From NCBI GenBank assembly GCA_040954595.2, contig CM082583.2:6570849-6634848 (forward strand): 64,000 nucleotides of DNA. The letters run 5' to 3'. Made by a program: the position numbers and the translations under genes. The stretch is from Balanoglossus misakiensis. Lineage: Eukaryota > Animalia > Hemichordata. Shown here one piece after another: positions 1-57,500 of the stretch. The notes under the pieces are model-generated. The model saw only the letters and a list, made by a program, of their open reading frames with translations. It made no database searches and was not told the origin of the DNA. Positions within the stretch are counted from its first letter, which is position 1. Each line of letters opens with the position of its first letter.

Positions 1-235
1 TGCTTTTTTTTCCAAAAAAGTCAGAAACAGGCAGTCAATTGGTACTAATATGGACCTGACCACATTTAGTTTTCCGAAACCCGTTCTTAAAATTAAAAGC
101 AGACTCACAGTTCATTCTATGGGATGTTTCCAATCACTGAATTCAACGGAAAGCTGTACTTTTCAAAACAATCCCACAAAATCAAACAGTATTCCTGGCC
201 TTCTTCTTCGGAAATCTCAAGATATTCGTTCTCAC

Positions 236-44472
<44,237 letters not shown>

Positions 44473-44950
44473 TTTCCTCCTCTTCAGTGACCGTCCCTGA
44501 CTGGATATCAGCACCCGTATTTACTTGACCAACTCATTGACTAACATTTGATATTACCCACATACAGAACGTAGCAGAACTGCAGAATTGGAAGATTTTT
44601 TAAGAGAGCTCCAGCGAACTCCACTCCTGTGTGAACGCGTACTGGCGGAGTCCTTTGAACTCAAAGCAAACAATTATGCAAATGAGGTGGTGACGAGCTC
44701 TGCTATACGATAAAATTACGACGTCTCACGCCTCCATTCTTCAGCTCGTTTCGGCGGGATTATTCAAATAAAAAAGGGACGTGCCTGATCATTGACCAGA
44801 ATATTGGCACAAACATGCGCTAGAGGAACTTCAAGTTCGGATTTATGCCTCAATTTTAGGTTCACCAAGGTGACTGTGGCATAACAAGCTTGATAAACAT
44901 GTGCCTTGCTTGGCGAACTTTTAAGTGTCACGGTTGTCATGGCGACAGTA
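44473..44950 (-). promoter_or_regulatory. Probable DAPK 5' UTR and promoter
   Basis: CpG-richer segment directly upstream of the ATG, with TCF/LEF-like CCTTTGAA (44652-44659), octamer ATGCAAAT (44676-44683) and RFX X-box-like GTTGTCATGGCGAC (44933-44946). These are motif matches only. Confidence 0.45.
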
Positions 44951-45816
44951 TTAAAGGATAGCCACTCCTGTTGCTGTTCACGGCGTACACAATTTCCATA
45001 GTGCTATAGTTGTTTTCTAATATAGGGCGCAACCGGGTGTCGGCTGTGTTTTAGTTCTCATCGAGTATAACACAATAAACGCCTGGATTTATGTATTACT
45101 GGTACGTAGTTATATTTCCAGGCGTCGGTCGATCTTGCACAATGGCGTCATCAGAGTCCTTCCCCATTGTCCTTTCGTTTTCTCTGGCCCGGCTCATACA
45201 GTAAATATAATAACATCAACGAAATGCTTCATGAGGTATCAACTATCTCAGACTTCTTTTTCACAACAAAAAATCAATCTGCAAAACTGAAAATTGTTTT
45301 GTAACACATTTAATGCCAGAATATAAATGTTGTCAGATCAGATTAGGTGACCAACTTAAAGAAATATACACAAAGGGACCCGTGTAACCATTACATATTA
45401 CATCAAAGGTGGGTGACAAATATTGAAAGTCTCAAACTGGGTGACATAAAATAAGAGATAGAGAGCACCTTTTGCCACAGACCCACCCTTCAGTCTACAT
45501 GGGAGTAATATCAAACAATCTTTGTCACTATGTGTTCATGATTATATTTCATGCAGTGTGCAAACAGACAAATGCCAACTAAGGGAACTGAAACTTTATA
45601 AGCTCCAGATATTTCACAAGAAGGTAGAGCCATTTTATATGCTTTGGCTTCCTTATAAAGGGCAATATTTTCATGCACTTGTCCATCACCGTGACTACCA
45701 AAAATGTTGACACAAATTGGCTCAAATCAGCATTAAAAAGGTATTACTGGGTTGTTTCAGTCCATTCAACTAGTTCATTCCATTTGTAATCAAAATATGA
45801 GGAGTCTGCATCTGAA

Positions 45817-47852
45817 TCAATCCAGTTCATCGTAATCTGCCACTTCTACGATTTTGTCCTCCAGAAAACGTGTAATTTCGTCTTGAGAGTATCCAGCTTC
45901 GTGCAGCACTTCTTGTGTGTGTTCCCCGATGACAGGATCCGGTTTTACTTCTGAAACTCCGGGCGACGAAGAGAGCCTCGGTGATGGCCGTGGTTCGTGT
46001 CCTCCTTTGTGGTTGGCCAGAAAACTTCCCCTGGAGGTATTGTGGCTGTGAGTGGCAGCACCCTCCAGTGAGAGTACCGGCGTAACACAGGCATCGGTGA
46101 AGTCGAACACGGAGCACCACTCACTCTGTGTTTTCCTCGCAAACACTTCTGCGAATATTTCCTTTATTTTTGGCCACTGGTCGATGTCTATTTGACCGCC
46201 GGGTAAATCTTCCTCCTTCAGGCCAAGACCTAAAATGAAGAAGGTGTAGAAATTATGGTTTATTTGACTAAACACCCCACTCCTGTTATACCACCAGTAT
46301 CCCTGGATTTCAACGTTTATCTGGCCTTTTCTATGCCTCTGACATACAGGGACCAAAAACGATTTCACGGCTATCAACAGTTGCAAGTATTGTCCCCTTT
46401 TGTAGTAGAGATAATTGAAAGCTTAACAGTTACCTTTAAGTAACTGTTCATAAAATTGCGGTTCAATCGGTGCAACTGCCATGTACTTTCCATCTTGAGT
46501 CTTGTACGTCTCATAGAAGGGTGAACCACTGTCTAATAAATTCTTGCCCCGGGTTTTACTCTGCCAGGCCAACTTCAGATCCTGTGACCTCCACAACCAA
46601 CTGCCAATATAAGCTGCTCCTTCAGTCTGCAAACAGGACAATATTTATTGTTTAAATTTGTTGTAAACACAAAGACATGTGTTACAGTGTAATATACAGC
46701 AGGACAGTGACAACTTTGTAGAGGGATCCCACTGCGGTCGTGGAGGGGCGCCCTCTAGTGGTAGAATTCTCAGTTTGCACACATCAACTGCTATCCATTT
46801 GAACATTGAGTCAATGCCTATACTAGTGTACATGTACTTACCATACTTTGGTCCACAATTTGGCCTTTTCCTGTACTACTCCTATTCAGCAGTGCCATAA
46901 GAATACCCAAAGTACATAGCATGCCACCTCCAGCAAAATCAGCCAGTAGATTGAGAGGGCCAAGTGGATTTTCTTTATGTCTTCCAATCATTGATAAAAC
47001 ACCTATTTAACAGAATATATTGAATTTAAACAAATTTCTTGTAAATAACATACTGAGTTGAGAAAAAACAATGCTTGTTTGTTGAAATACTAGTCATTTA
47101 ACTCTTCCCTTTCCTTCCATCCACCAACACTATCATCAGCCACTTTATGTCAACTGAGTCAATGTGTCATCAAAACCACAGATGTACTTGTAAGGTTTAA
47201 CCTTTCCCCACTGTACATGAACTACATGTAATTGTCAAAGTCCAAGCCAGACTGAAAACTGTTGATGATGGCTTACCTGACATTGCCAAGTAATTTAGAT
47301 CATGTCCAGCCATGTCACTGAAAGATCCATATTGACCAAACCCAGTCAATCTGGCATAAACCAAACCTGGATTTTCCTTCATTAAAGGGTCGGGTCCAAG
47401 TCCCATCTTTTCCATCACACCTACATATCAAATAATATTGAATCTTACCAAGTACTGTACAGAAAACCTATCATAATTGAACAGGTTAATTTAGACACGA
47501 TTGGAGGTCCAAATGGCTTGTACAGAAATTACTAGGTACCAATATAAATACAAATAATGTGTTTATACAATTATTATCATGAAAAAAAAATAAACAGAAT
47601 ATTACCTGGCCTATATGAGTCAATCAAAACATCAGACTGCTGACATAAATGTCTCACAATATTTGTTCCTTCCTTCGATTTCAGATCAACAGCAATTGAT
47701 CTTTTTCCTCTGGCTAATCTATCCACAGTTCCAAGCTGTTTGACCCGATCGATCCTTGTGACTTTTGCACCAAAGTCTGACAGTATCATCCCTGCCATTG
47801 GTGCAGGTGCAAGACCAGCCATCTCAATAACTCTTATACCAGTTAATGCCAT
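45817..47852 (-). CDS. AMACR: Alpha-methylacyl-CoA racemase (CoA-transferase family III), ~385 aa
   Basis: Exons 47852-47606, 47420-47277, 47002-46842, 46626-46434 and 46229-45817 total 1158 nt in frame. Motifs: [36 protein letters not shown] (catalytic His), [10 protein letters not shown] (catalytic Asp), [18 protein letters not shown]. Confidence 0.95.
46748..46761 (-). promoter_or_regulatory. CTCF consensus motif in AMACR intron 3
   Basis: CCACTAGAGGGCGC matches the CTCF core consensus. Binding is not demonstrated. Confidence 0.5.
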
Positions 47853-48610
47853 GTCTTTTTACCTTCCACTGTGTACCGATCAGCGTACACAAACACGCAA
47901 ATCTGCAGAGAGAGAAAAAGTAGGTCAACCCCAACATACTGATGTGGAAACGGTGGCCGAGGGGCAAATTTCATGCAGCGGACTTTACTCCACTTCGGTA
48001 TAAGACAAAATTCAACAAGCGGATTCAAACTCAAAGTAACATTTATTTTATTTATTCTTTATTTCAGGCCATATGCCCATACTGTAAAATAATATACAAA
48101 CACAGAAACAACTCCATAAAAAGAGAAACAACTTCAAGCTGAGGTTCCAAACTTACGCTGTACACAACTGTTGATCCCGGGTCAAAATGAGTTATACTAG
48201 TAATCAAGCAGTACTTCGAACCCACGATTAATCAGTGATTTATTACATCATCAGGGCTGTGGATCTGGTCAAACACCAGCACCGCTTATCGCGAGTGACA
48301 CGACAGTAATTCACGTCCAAGTTGTACTCGTCTGCTTCATTGATGCATTTCTGGTAATTTTCACATTCGGATTGGAGGCCAAATATTCTGCCGGAACTTG
48401 AGTTTCGGGGTGACCCATCCGTTGCAATGGCTTATGATATTTTGAAGCAGATTTTAGTATTGTTGATATAAAGGAAGTTTTTATTGAGTTATGACAGCGG
48501 TTCTTGTCTGTTATTCTGGACAGATTCGGCGTTGACCAAATTTGAATCCGAAGCCTATTTTTGCTCCATGTTGTCTGTGTGTTTGGGGCACTTTTCTCTT
48601 ACACATAGAA
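47853..48610. promoter_or_regulatory. Head-to-head promoter region of AMACR and MORF4L1
   Basis: Divergent start codons with 758 nt between them, locally more CpG, and an ETS-like CCGGAA at 48391. Confidence 0.6.
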
Positions 48611-51600
48611 ATGGCGCCTCCGAGGGATCGTGGCGATACAAAATTGAAATTTACTGAAGGTTAGTAGCCTTAAATATTAAGCGATTTCCATGTAAGTTGA
48701 CTGTAATAGTGTACTTCAGCCATTTTTATCTAGAGTACCCGTTTAAGTCTGCTTTACTTTCTGTTGGCATTGTTTTCACTGCACTGGTGCAGAGACACAG
48801 CGTACGCGTGATCGTGAGCTGCTCTGACAATGCATGAAATAGGGTTAGCGAAACAACTAATCTTTCCCAGAACCAGTGCCGGCACCGTTTAATCAAAATC
48901 ACCGACAACCAATTGGAAATCTGGAGTAAAAATTTATCTTTTTGACTGGATCGGGAAGGTCGATCAAGCACCAAATAGTTGAAATGTACATTTTGATGTG
49001 ACGGAAATTTGACATGGAGTGCAGCGCCCCCAATCATGTTTTTTTTTCTGACAGTGACGTATGTCAACTTAAAATTATTAAAGGGAGATGAGGAAAAAGT
49101 TCAAACATACACAGAGTGAGACAATTTAACACAAACTCAAATTTGCAAAGTACCAAATGATAGGCAGAGATTCCTGGTGTGTAGTAGTACTATTACCAAT
49201 CTTGGCATTGTTCATTCACCTCATACAAATGTACATGCACCCATTATCTTTGATTTTTTTCCCGATTAGGTGAACGTGTTCTGTGTTTCCATGGTCCTTT
49301 GTTATATGAAGCTAAGGTATGGCTGATTCTGTATTCAACGTGTTTGCAGTATGAATGAGTACAAATATTTGATGTTCCTCAATACTTTGTTTCTAAATAT
49401 AGCAGTGTGCCTAACATCACCAGAAATTTCTGACAATTTGTATCTGTGATGCTTTGACGTTTATGTTGAAACATTACGTTGGAATATGAATCATGTTGTA
49501 ATATTTTAAATTTCTGTTTGTACAGTGTGTCAAATACCAAGTGAAAGAAAAGCAGACAAGATATTTCATTCACTACAATGGTTGGAATAAAAAGTAAGTA
49601 TTTAGTCACTAACATTGCTAGTACATTCCCATAGATCAACCTTTAACATATTGTGTTATACATGTATAACATTTAAATTTTAATTTTGTTTCAGTTATGG
49701 TTACGCAGGTAGGTGTAAAAAGTGAGCCATATTTTGTTGATCTATGAAATGAAGTGGCATGCCAGCACTTTTGACAATTATTTATGGTGTTAATTGTTGA
49801 ATAATCATTACATTTTTAATGACTGAAGATGTAATCTTTATGATGCCATGATAACATCAAACCAGAAACTTTACTTATGCACCATTTTGTGTGTTTTTGA
49901 TGTTTTTCAGCTGGGATGAGTGGGTGCCAGAAAGCAGAGTCTTGAAATTCAATGATGCTAATTTACAAAAGCAGAAAGAACTCCAAGCGCAGCATGCGTA
50001 AGTATTGTAGAGATTCTTGCATGGTGTTGCCAGGTCGTTCAGTTAAAGAATGCATGTTGTCAATCAATTGTGCATGCTGTGAGTGATGATGAACATGGTG
50101 GTTGGTACTGTCGATGTGCATGTTGTTAGAATTCTGCATTTCAAAGTTACTCGTAAAGCGATGTCAACGAAAACCCTAGTGCAAAAACAGTCTGCATACA
50201 TGTATTACTATCGGTACTGTCACGGGTGTAGATTTTACTGAACTTGAGAAATGCAAAGTTGTCAGGTAATATGTCAGAACATCTGATTTTATATTAAATT
50301 GTGGAGATTTGACAATACATGGTACTTCATCTACTCTAGTAATCATTGAAACAATATCAAGTTGACACTGGACGGGAATTATGCACACCAACATTACATC
50401 TCAGCAGCAAAGTTGAACAATCAACCTCTATATTATACCTGGCAAATTTGTAGACTGTTGAATGAACGGTATTAGCAAGGGTTAGAAGGTACATTCATGT
50501 ACTGTAGTAACTAGTTAAACCTGAAATGAAAACCGTCTTCACTAAAATTGGAAAGACTGATTTGGGTTCAGGAGTTTTTGTATATTTGGCTGTGTTTTGT
50601 CATTTCAGACTGAGGAACCAATTATCTGACACTGGATTAAGGACCTTAGCAGTAGGGTAATACTAGCTGTACTGGAACTTTTATTATAGAGGAATTAAAT
50701 TTGTGTGTGTGTGTGTGTGTGGATGTATCAGACATTGTATATGGGTTGGTATGTTCCTTCGACAGTTTTATCATATCAACAACAACAAAAGACCACCCCA
50801 GATGAAGTCTATTTTAACGTAATGCATGAAACAATATAGACGCTGTCTACAGTAATAGTATAGCACAACAGGCAGTGTCTTATCTAGGATTATGATCCTC
50901 CACAATATACAGCAGGTTGTGTTATTGGTGTTTGAAAATGGCTTTATACATGAACAACTGTTGCCCCAATACTTCTGAATGATTGATGGACGGGGCATAT
51001 CTTGCCAATCGCAGAAGTCTCACAGTTTCTCAGTCACAGCAGTGAATGCAGGACTTGTGTACAGCAGCCCAAGTAACAGCCATGTGCTGATGAATTGCAA
51101 GATACATGCAGTAATCCATGTAAAAAGAGGAAATTTACTATCTTGAATTTCATTTTGATTCATCCGATTTCCTGTCGTCTATCACACCTGGTATCTCATG
51201 TTGATGTCGCTCAGAAGATGTCAAATGAAATGTGCAAGTGAAAGGGGAGGGTTTGCATACTGAATTTCAAACCCAATTCATGAATTTAGCTGACCAGGAA
51301 AAGGCAGGGAGGGCACATTTAACTAGGGAATCTTCTGGGAACGAGGAAAATCAAAGTTCATTTTTCATGCCAGAAATTCCAGAATAGATTTTTTCTGACT
51401 ACACAGAAAAGGCAAGAAATCCAAACTGTCTGCGTACAAGAAACCAGAGAAGGAGAGAGAGCGAGCTCCCACACCAACATCCACGTCAGAGAAACAAGCA
51501 CAACCACAAACCCCATCAGTATCGCAGCCCAAAAAAGGTAAGTTGTGATCTATCATGATTTTGGTTTCTGCTGTCTGATGTTTAACTGTACGAAACAGAC

Positions 51601-53526
51601 CAATGGCAAGTCCCGCAGATAACCAACATTTCAGCCAATAGCCTACAAGATTCATGAACATTTTTCATCTTGTTTGTTTTTGTTTTTTTTCAGGTCCAGC
51701 CCCACCCGCTTCATCAGCGACGCCCACGCCTTCAGTTGCCAGCGACACCTCATCCACCACCTCTGACCAACCCAAGAGGAAAAGAGCCCGCATGGATGCT
51801 ACAGTTGAATCAGTACGTTTCTGTGCCATGAGAAATAAGAACTGACAATTTTGAACTGGGGAAAAGTGGCTTTGTTTTCAGAATACTTTTTCTTATACTG
51901 GAAATTTTTGCACTAGATCGAATAACATTTGATTATTTATGTTGAAATTTTGCAGGAGGAAGCTTTTGTGAACAGAGTAGAAATTAAGATCAAAATGCCA
52001 GATGAGCTGAAACCTGTTTTGGTTGATGACTGGGATTTGATCACCCGACAGAAACAGGTGAGTGTTAATTATTGGACTAACCTGGAACACGTTAACCAAG
52101 ATCACACTGAAGCAGACAATTGTATTACATATAGTTACAAATCTGGATCTATGAGCACAAGAGCAGGTGGTTTTCTACCACAAGGGAACTCTTAGGTTCA
52201 TTTGGGGTTGTAATATTTTTTTAGTATGTGCCTCTTGCAAAGAAATTCATGGTATGTTTAGTTCAGCAATGGTGATTTTGTCTTTTCTGTCTGTACAGTT
52301 GGTCCATCTGCCAGCCAAGACCAATGTTGATCAGGTCATCGACGACTACGTGAAACACAAAACGTCGCGTGCACAGATGACTCCCAGCAAGTAAGTTTAC
52401 TTTGGCATGCAACAGGTTGTCTGCCAGATTCTTTCTTCAATTCAGAATTAGTTCTATTTCAATTACTGTTTTGTGTTTTACTCCCAGAAGCACATTGAAA
52501 CACTTAGTTTGTCATCACATTTAACCTACAGTGTCGTTTCATTGACAAATAAATTTAAGTGACATTATTATGAATACAAACAAAGGCATGGTTAACAATG
52601 TATTTTTCTACTTTATCCATTCTCACAGAGAGAGTGCTATCATCGAAGTATCTGCTGGAATCAAAGAGTATTTCAATGTGATGCTCGGAACTCAACTACT
52701 CTATAAATTTGAAAGACCACAGTATGCAGAGGTATATACATGTATAACCGTAATTATGGAAATAACATTCTGGAACCCACCTCACAATATCCGTGTCAAT
52801 GAACTGGAGTAACGTCCAACAATATGTCGTTTTTGCCTTGGTCCACCTGTTAACGTACATCACTGATTCTGATTTTGTTCATTTTCAGATCCTAGCTGCT
52901 CATCCTGATGCCACCATGTCGCAGATATATGGTGCTCCTCATCTTCTCCGACTCTTTGGTGAGTCATCTCTAGAGTGTTACCCAAAGAAGAACATCAGTA
53001 ATTTCATGAAACAAAAAATAAACATAAGTGGTTCACATTGGACAGTTTATGTCCATCCTATGAACCAGATTTGCATCAAATGATAGAGTTTACTTCATTT
53101 ATAACAACTAGGATGCAAGATTGATGACACGTGTAATATTTATTACCATGAAGTGGTCAATTTCCTTTCCAAGCATGTATGGCTATCGCATGACCAAAAC
53201 AGAAAGTAGCCTCCGCTGCACGAAATGCAATGGATCAAATTTCATGTTCTCAACTTGCCTTGAAGAAAATCAGAAACCCTGTTTTTAAAGGGGACAGATT
53301 TTATTTACTCATCATTCGTGTATTTTAATGTCTTTGTATGTTTTGTTTTTTCGCAGTCAAGCTAGGAAGCATGCTGGCATACACACCACTTGATGAGAAG
53401 AGTGTCCAGCTCCTGCTCACGCACGTGCACGACTTTTTAAAGTATTTACAGAAGAATTCACCGCAGTTGTTCACCGTTAGTGAATATGAGGTAGCGCCTC
53501 CGGAGTACCACAGAAAAGCTGTGTAA
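48611..53526 (+). CDS. MORF4L1: Mortality factor 4-like protein 1 / MRG15 (chromo-barrel plus MRG domain), ~345 aa
   Basis: Exons 48611-48659, 49270-49316, 49526-49593, 49911-49997, 51407-51537, 51694-51812, 51956-52057, 52299-52390, 52629-52731, 52889-52958 and 53357-53526 total 1038 nt in frame. Motifs: [95 protein letters not shown]. Confidence 0.96.
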
Positions 53527-54103
53527 ATGCCGATTGGACGATATAGACAGTCGCTCCGACGGATAACAGAAATTTGGCTGTTTTGCATTTAGACACCCTG
53601 AATTGGGAGTGTCAGTTACACACACAATGCTTGTTTACTGAGCTCTCTGTCTGCATTTTTAAGTACCATGTACTGTAAAAGTCTGAGTAATGCTGAGATC
53701 CAGTTGTAGTGTGGTCCTGCTAACCAAGGTCATGAGCCACAGACGCGTCTTGTGTGTTCTAAGCCAATGTACAGATGCACTGATTTGTTAACACAGTGTT
53801 GTCCATGCCAGTATGAATCAGCTACTGATAATTTCTGTAAAAATGCAAGAACTGCTTTTCCATTAAAAGCATGTACTGTTAATAGGGCTATTATGATAAC
53901 GTAAACTCAAAGTCCGCAAGCGCTTCACTGTTCCAAAAATTATATTCTTCAGAAGGCACTCTCAGTAGGATCAAGAATGTCGAAACTTCAGTTATTATGA
54001 ACCAAAACTTATATTTACGTCATTGAAGGTTCCAGATACAAAAGATGTCATGTATTTTGCTTATTCCTGTAGTGAACATGTGAAAGTGCTTCTCTTGGAT
54101 AAA

Positions 54104-54109
54104 AATAAA
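54104..54109 (+). terminator. Candidate polyadenylation signal of MORF4L1
   Basis: AATAAA ~580 nt after the stop codon, followed by GT-containing sequence. Confidence 0.45.
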
Positions 54110-54578
54110 GCACTGTGAAGTAAACTGATGGGTGATTGTCACTGTGACACTGCCATTTTCATGAAAACTTGATATTTACTGGCTGTATTTTGCATTTGAA
54201 GTCAAACAAGTGAATTGCTTGGTTAGATGCCAGGTTACCCGGTAGATCACGGACAAGCCGAGAAAATTTCTTAAATTTTCCTCAGCCTTTTTTCGGTATA
54301 AGCCACAATTTATAACATTTAAATTATTATACATGTATTTTCATTGAGCATCATTTGACTGTTGATCATGAGCAAAAGTATGGTCTTGTAAGCTAAGTAC
54401 ACATTGTTTTGTACTTAATTTTAATGTCCTTAACAATAAAGAGAATATGTCTTCAAAATTTAGTCTTGGTCATTTCTCTGTGTATCATGAATTAGTCGTG
54501 ATGGAAGTGCTGGACAGAGTGTCTCCTTTTGTTAAATCAATGGCTGAAGCATCTCCAGTATAAGAACATGTCAGCTGT

Positions 54579-57500
54579 CTATCTGTCCTGTACTGCAGGA
54601 GATGAACTCGCATTGCTCTGTACACATGTAATATCTTTGTCAACATCTGCTGGAGGTAGCTCTTGCACAGTTCCAGACTGCCCTTGTCTCACAGTCTGGG
54701 CGCTTGGGACTTCTACTGATGGGCACTGTGGGTTGACTTGTATTGTGTACAGAGTTGGACTTGGCTTCGCACTCAGAGGTGGCCCAGATAGCAATGGTAA
54801 GTACACCACTGATCCCTGTAAAGTGGCTTTGCCTGTTGCAACGCGTAACGTCCCGGGGAGAATCTGCGAAATGTCCACGTTTACAGGCATCATGATGACA
54901 GGTCCGCTAACACAGCTAGGACTTGCCCCGCTTATCGGTTCTGGGGGAGTGTCCCCCTTTGGCACCATTGCTGGACTAGCATCAGTCTTGGGGCTGGTAG
55001 TAATTGATGGAGCGAGGTATGTAGGGCTATTTGTGACCGAAGTTGGGGGGCGTGGACTGACTGGAAGTGATGGCAAAGAGATTACTGGCACTGGCCCAGC
55101 CTTGCGGCCTTCAGATGGCTTGGTGACAGACACTGCTGTTGGCATGGCAACCGCATCTGCCTGACCAATACCACCTTCGCAACATCGCTCTCTCTCGTCC
55201 ATGTGTCTGGAAGTACATCTCCCAGGTCCTGTTACGGCAGCTTGCACACTCAACGCTAACTGATTCAGTTCCGAGAGTGACACACTCTTCCATGTTGAGT
55301 ACCAGACTTCTTCAGATTCCATTTTCACTGTGCTGTTAAAGTTCAACGGCCGGAGATAAAATGGGCTTTTGGCTTCAGGTTCGCCGTGATGTCTGCCGGA
55401 ATGTTTGGCGTACATCTTGTAGGCGTTAATAGGGCACAGCTCCGGGTTGAAGACGTTGGCATAGAGTCTCTTGACACCCTTTTTCTTCATGAGGTTCTCA
55501 GCGTGGAACTCGATGTACCCGATTGCTGATTTCGTGTGGCGAAGCGAAACATCAGACCAGTACAAATCCCGGTGGATCGCCGCAGCAGTCGATCCAATTA
55601 ACCGGGAAATCGTGAACCAGACGGTCGTCAACAGCTGCTTCGGGTTGGATGTACCGAGCAGTTTCTTCTTGCGTAGCACCAGCTCAGTATTCAGAGAAAA
55701 CAGATCAAACTTCCCGTGTTCAGCTCGCCATTTTGAACGGGACTCCTTGCTCTGTTTCTTCAAGAGCGTCTCGCTGAGACGTCTGAATGGTGGGACAGGT
55801 GGCAAGGACTTGTCTCGGCCTTCGTGAAGGTGTTCCTTCACTTTCTCACACACCGCCCTCAGTGTCTCGTAGGAGTAGGCGCTTCCGTCTTCCCGCTGGA
55901 CCCTCAGTGCAAAATCTTGAAGTAAACGATCCAACTGATCATGAGGTATTGTTGTGATTGCTCGCATTTCATCCTTTCTGTTTGCGTCCATCCATCGCTT
56001 GAATATATCAAAGAGCCAGTCTTCGGACGAATCTTGCAAAGCACATTTCTTTGACTGATCCATGGTTTTGCTTTTCTCTTGCTTCGATGCACCCCCGGGA
56101 ACACTGGCCACCATATTATGAACTCTCTGTGCTACTTGCTCCAAGTAATTCTTGGACAGGGCCTTCCCAGGAGCAAACCACGTGTCTGTGTTGACGTCAA
56201 TGTCTTCGTTAAGCATTAGATAAAAGGGAGTGTCCTCTTCCTCAGTGTTGTCCAGTCGGTCAGTTCTCCGGCGGTATTCCTTGTAAGCGATGACAGGGCA
56301 GAGTTCATACATGGAATCCACAGCATACAGCCTCAGGGGAGCCCACTCCGCTCTGAGAGCGTCGGCATGCTGGGATTGCAGTTCCACATACTCCTTGCCA
56401 AAATCAGTCTTGGCCAGTCCTACATCGTTCCAGGTTAATGCCTTGTGGAGTTCCGCATTTGTCGACCCCAGAAGCCTGGCGTTCATGAACCACACAGCCG
56501 TCAGCAACTTGACAGGGTGCGTAAGGCCCAGCAACTTTTTCTCCACCAGATTCAGTTCAGTCCTGGAAGAATAGAGGCCGAGCTTTCTTGCATTTCCTTC
56601 ACAATCCAAAGGGATGTTGTCACTTTCCTTTGTGTAGGCTAGCTGAGTCTGCAAGAACTTGTCACCTTCCACAGTCGCTGGGTATTCATGATCTACCAGA
56701 TGGTTTGAAATCCTGCTTAAAACCAACTGTAGAGTTTCTATGGAAAAGGATTCCCCGTCCTTTCTTTTCACGGTCTTCACGAAATCTTGCAGTATCGCTT
56801 CCAACTCTCGGTATGGAATTTGGTGGATTGGCCTGTCTTCAGCTGGTCGGTTGCTTCTGAGCCACTCAATGAATATATTCCCCGTCCAGTCATTCATTGA
56901 ATCATGGTGTGACTGATTCACAGTCAAGACATTGCTCTCGCGTGTAAAGTTTGTCCCCTGTTGAAGTTTAGAAATAACCGCGCTGTACGTGAACCTCTTG
57001 TTAGGAATGGCTGTTGCTTCGTGTACTTTTAACGATATTTCAACCAACTCTGCTAATGTTAGTGTTTGTGTGGCTGAAAACCATGCTAGGTCTGTGTCTG
57101 CTTCACTATCAGCGTCGCCGGGTGCAATCGGCTTGAGGTAGAATGGACTGTCTCTGTCATTTGAATCAGGAGGCCGACGTCTCCGATATTCTTTATACAC
57201 ATGAACTGGACAAAACTCGTCATTTACAATGCTTGCGAAGCGATGTCCGTGCATCCGTTTCTTCCTCACTCTGCGATCCAACTCAATAAATTCCCTTCCC
57301 GAGGCACCTTTCTTCAGGGAAACATCGCCCCAACGTATGTTTTTATGGAGCGCTGCTGAAGTCGTTCCGACCAGTTTCGCTGTCATGAGCCAGACGAGCA
57401 TCAGGAGTTGAACGGGTCCCGTGAACCCGATCATTCCCCGCTCCCACAGGATAAGTTCCGCCCTCATCGAAGACAGATCGAACCTCTCGTCTTCTTGACT

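Noticed and set aside
50083-50290. C/D box snoRNA in a MORF4L1 intron (GTGATGA ... CTGA)
   Set aside because: The boxes are ~200 nt apart with no terminal stem and no recognisable rRNA antisense guide.
53526-54579. Functional link between MRG15 and the convergent DUF3504 gene
   Set aside because: Both are plausibly chromatin proteins, but adjacency in an animal genome is not evidence of a shared pathway without conserved synteny or co-expression.
54529-55164. 211-aa plus-strand ORF, and other plus-strand ORFs up to 58041
   Set aside because: They are antisense shadows of the GC-richer DUF3504 exon, with no recognisable motifs.
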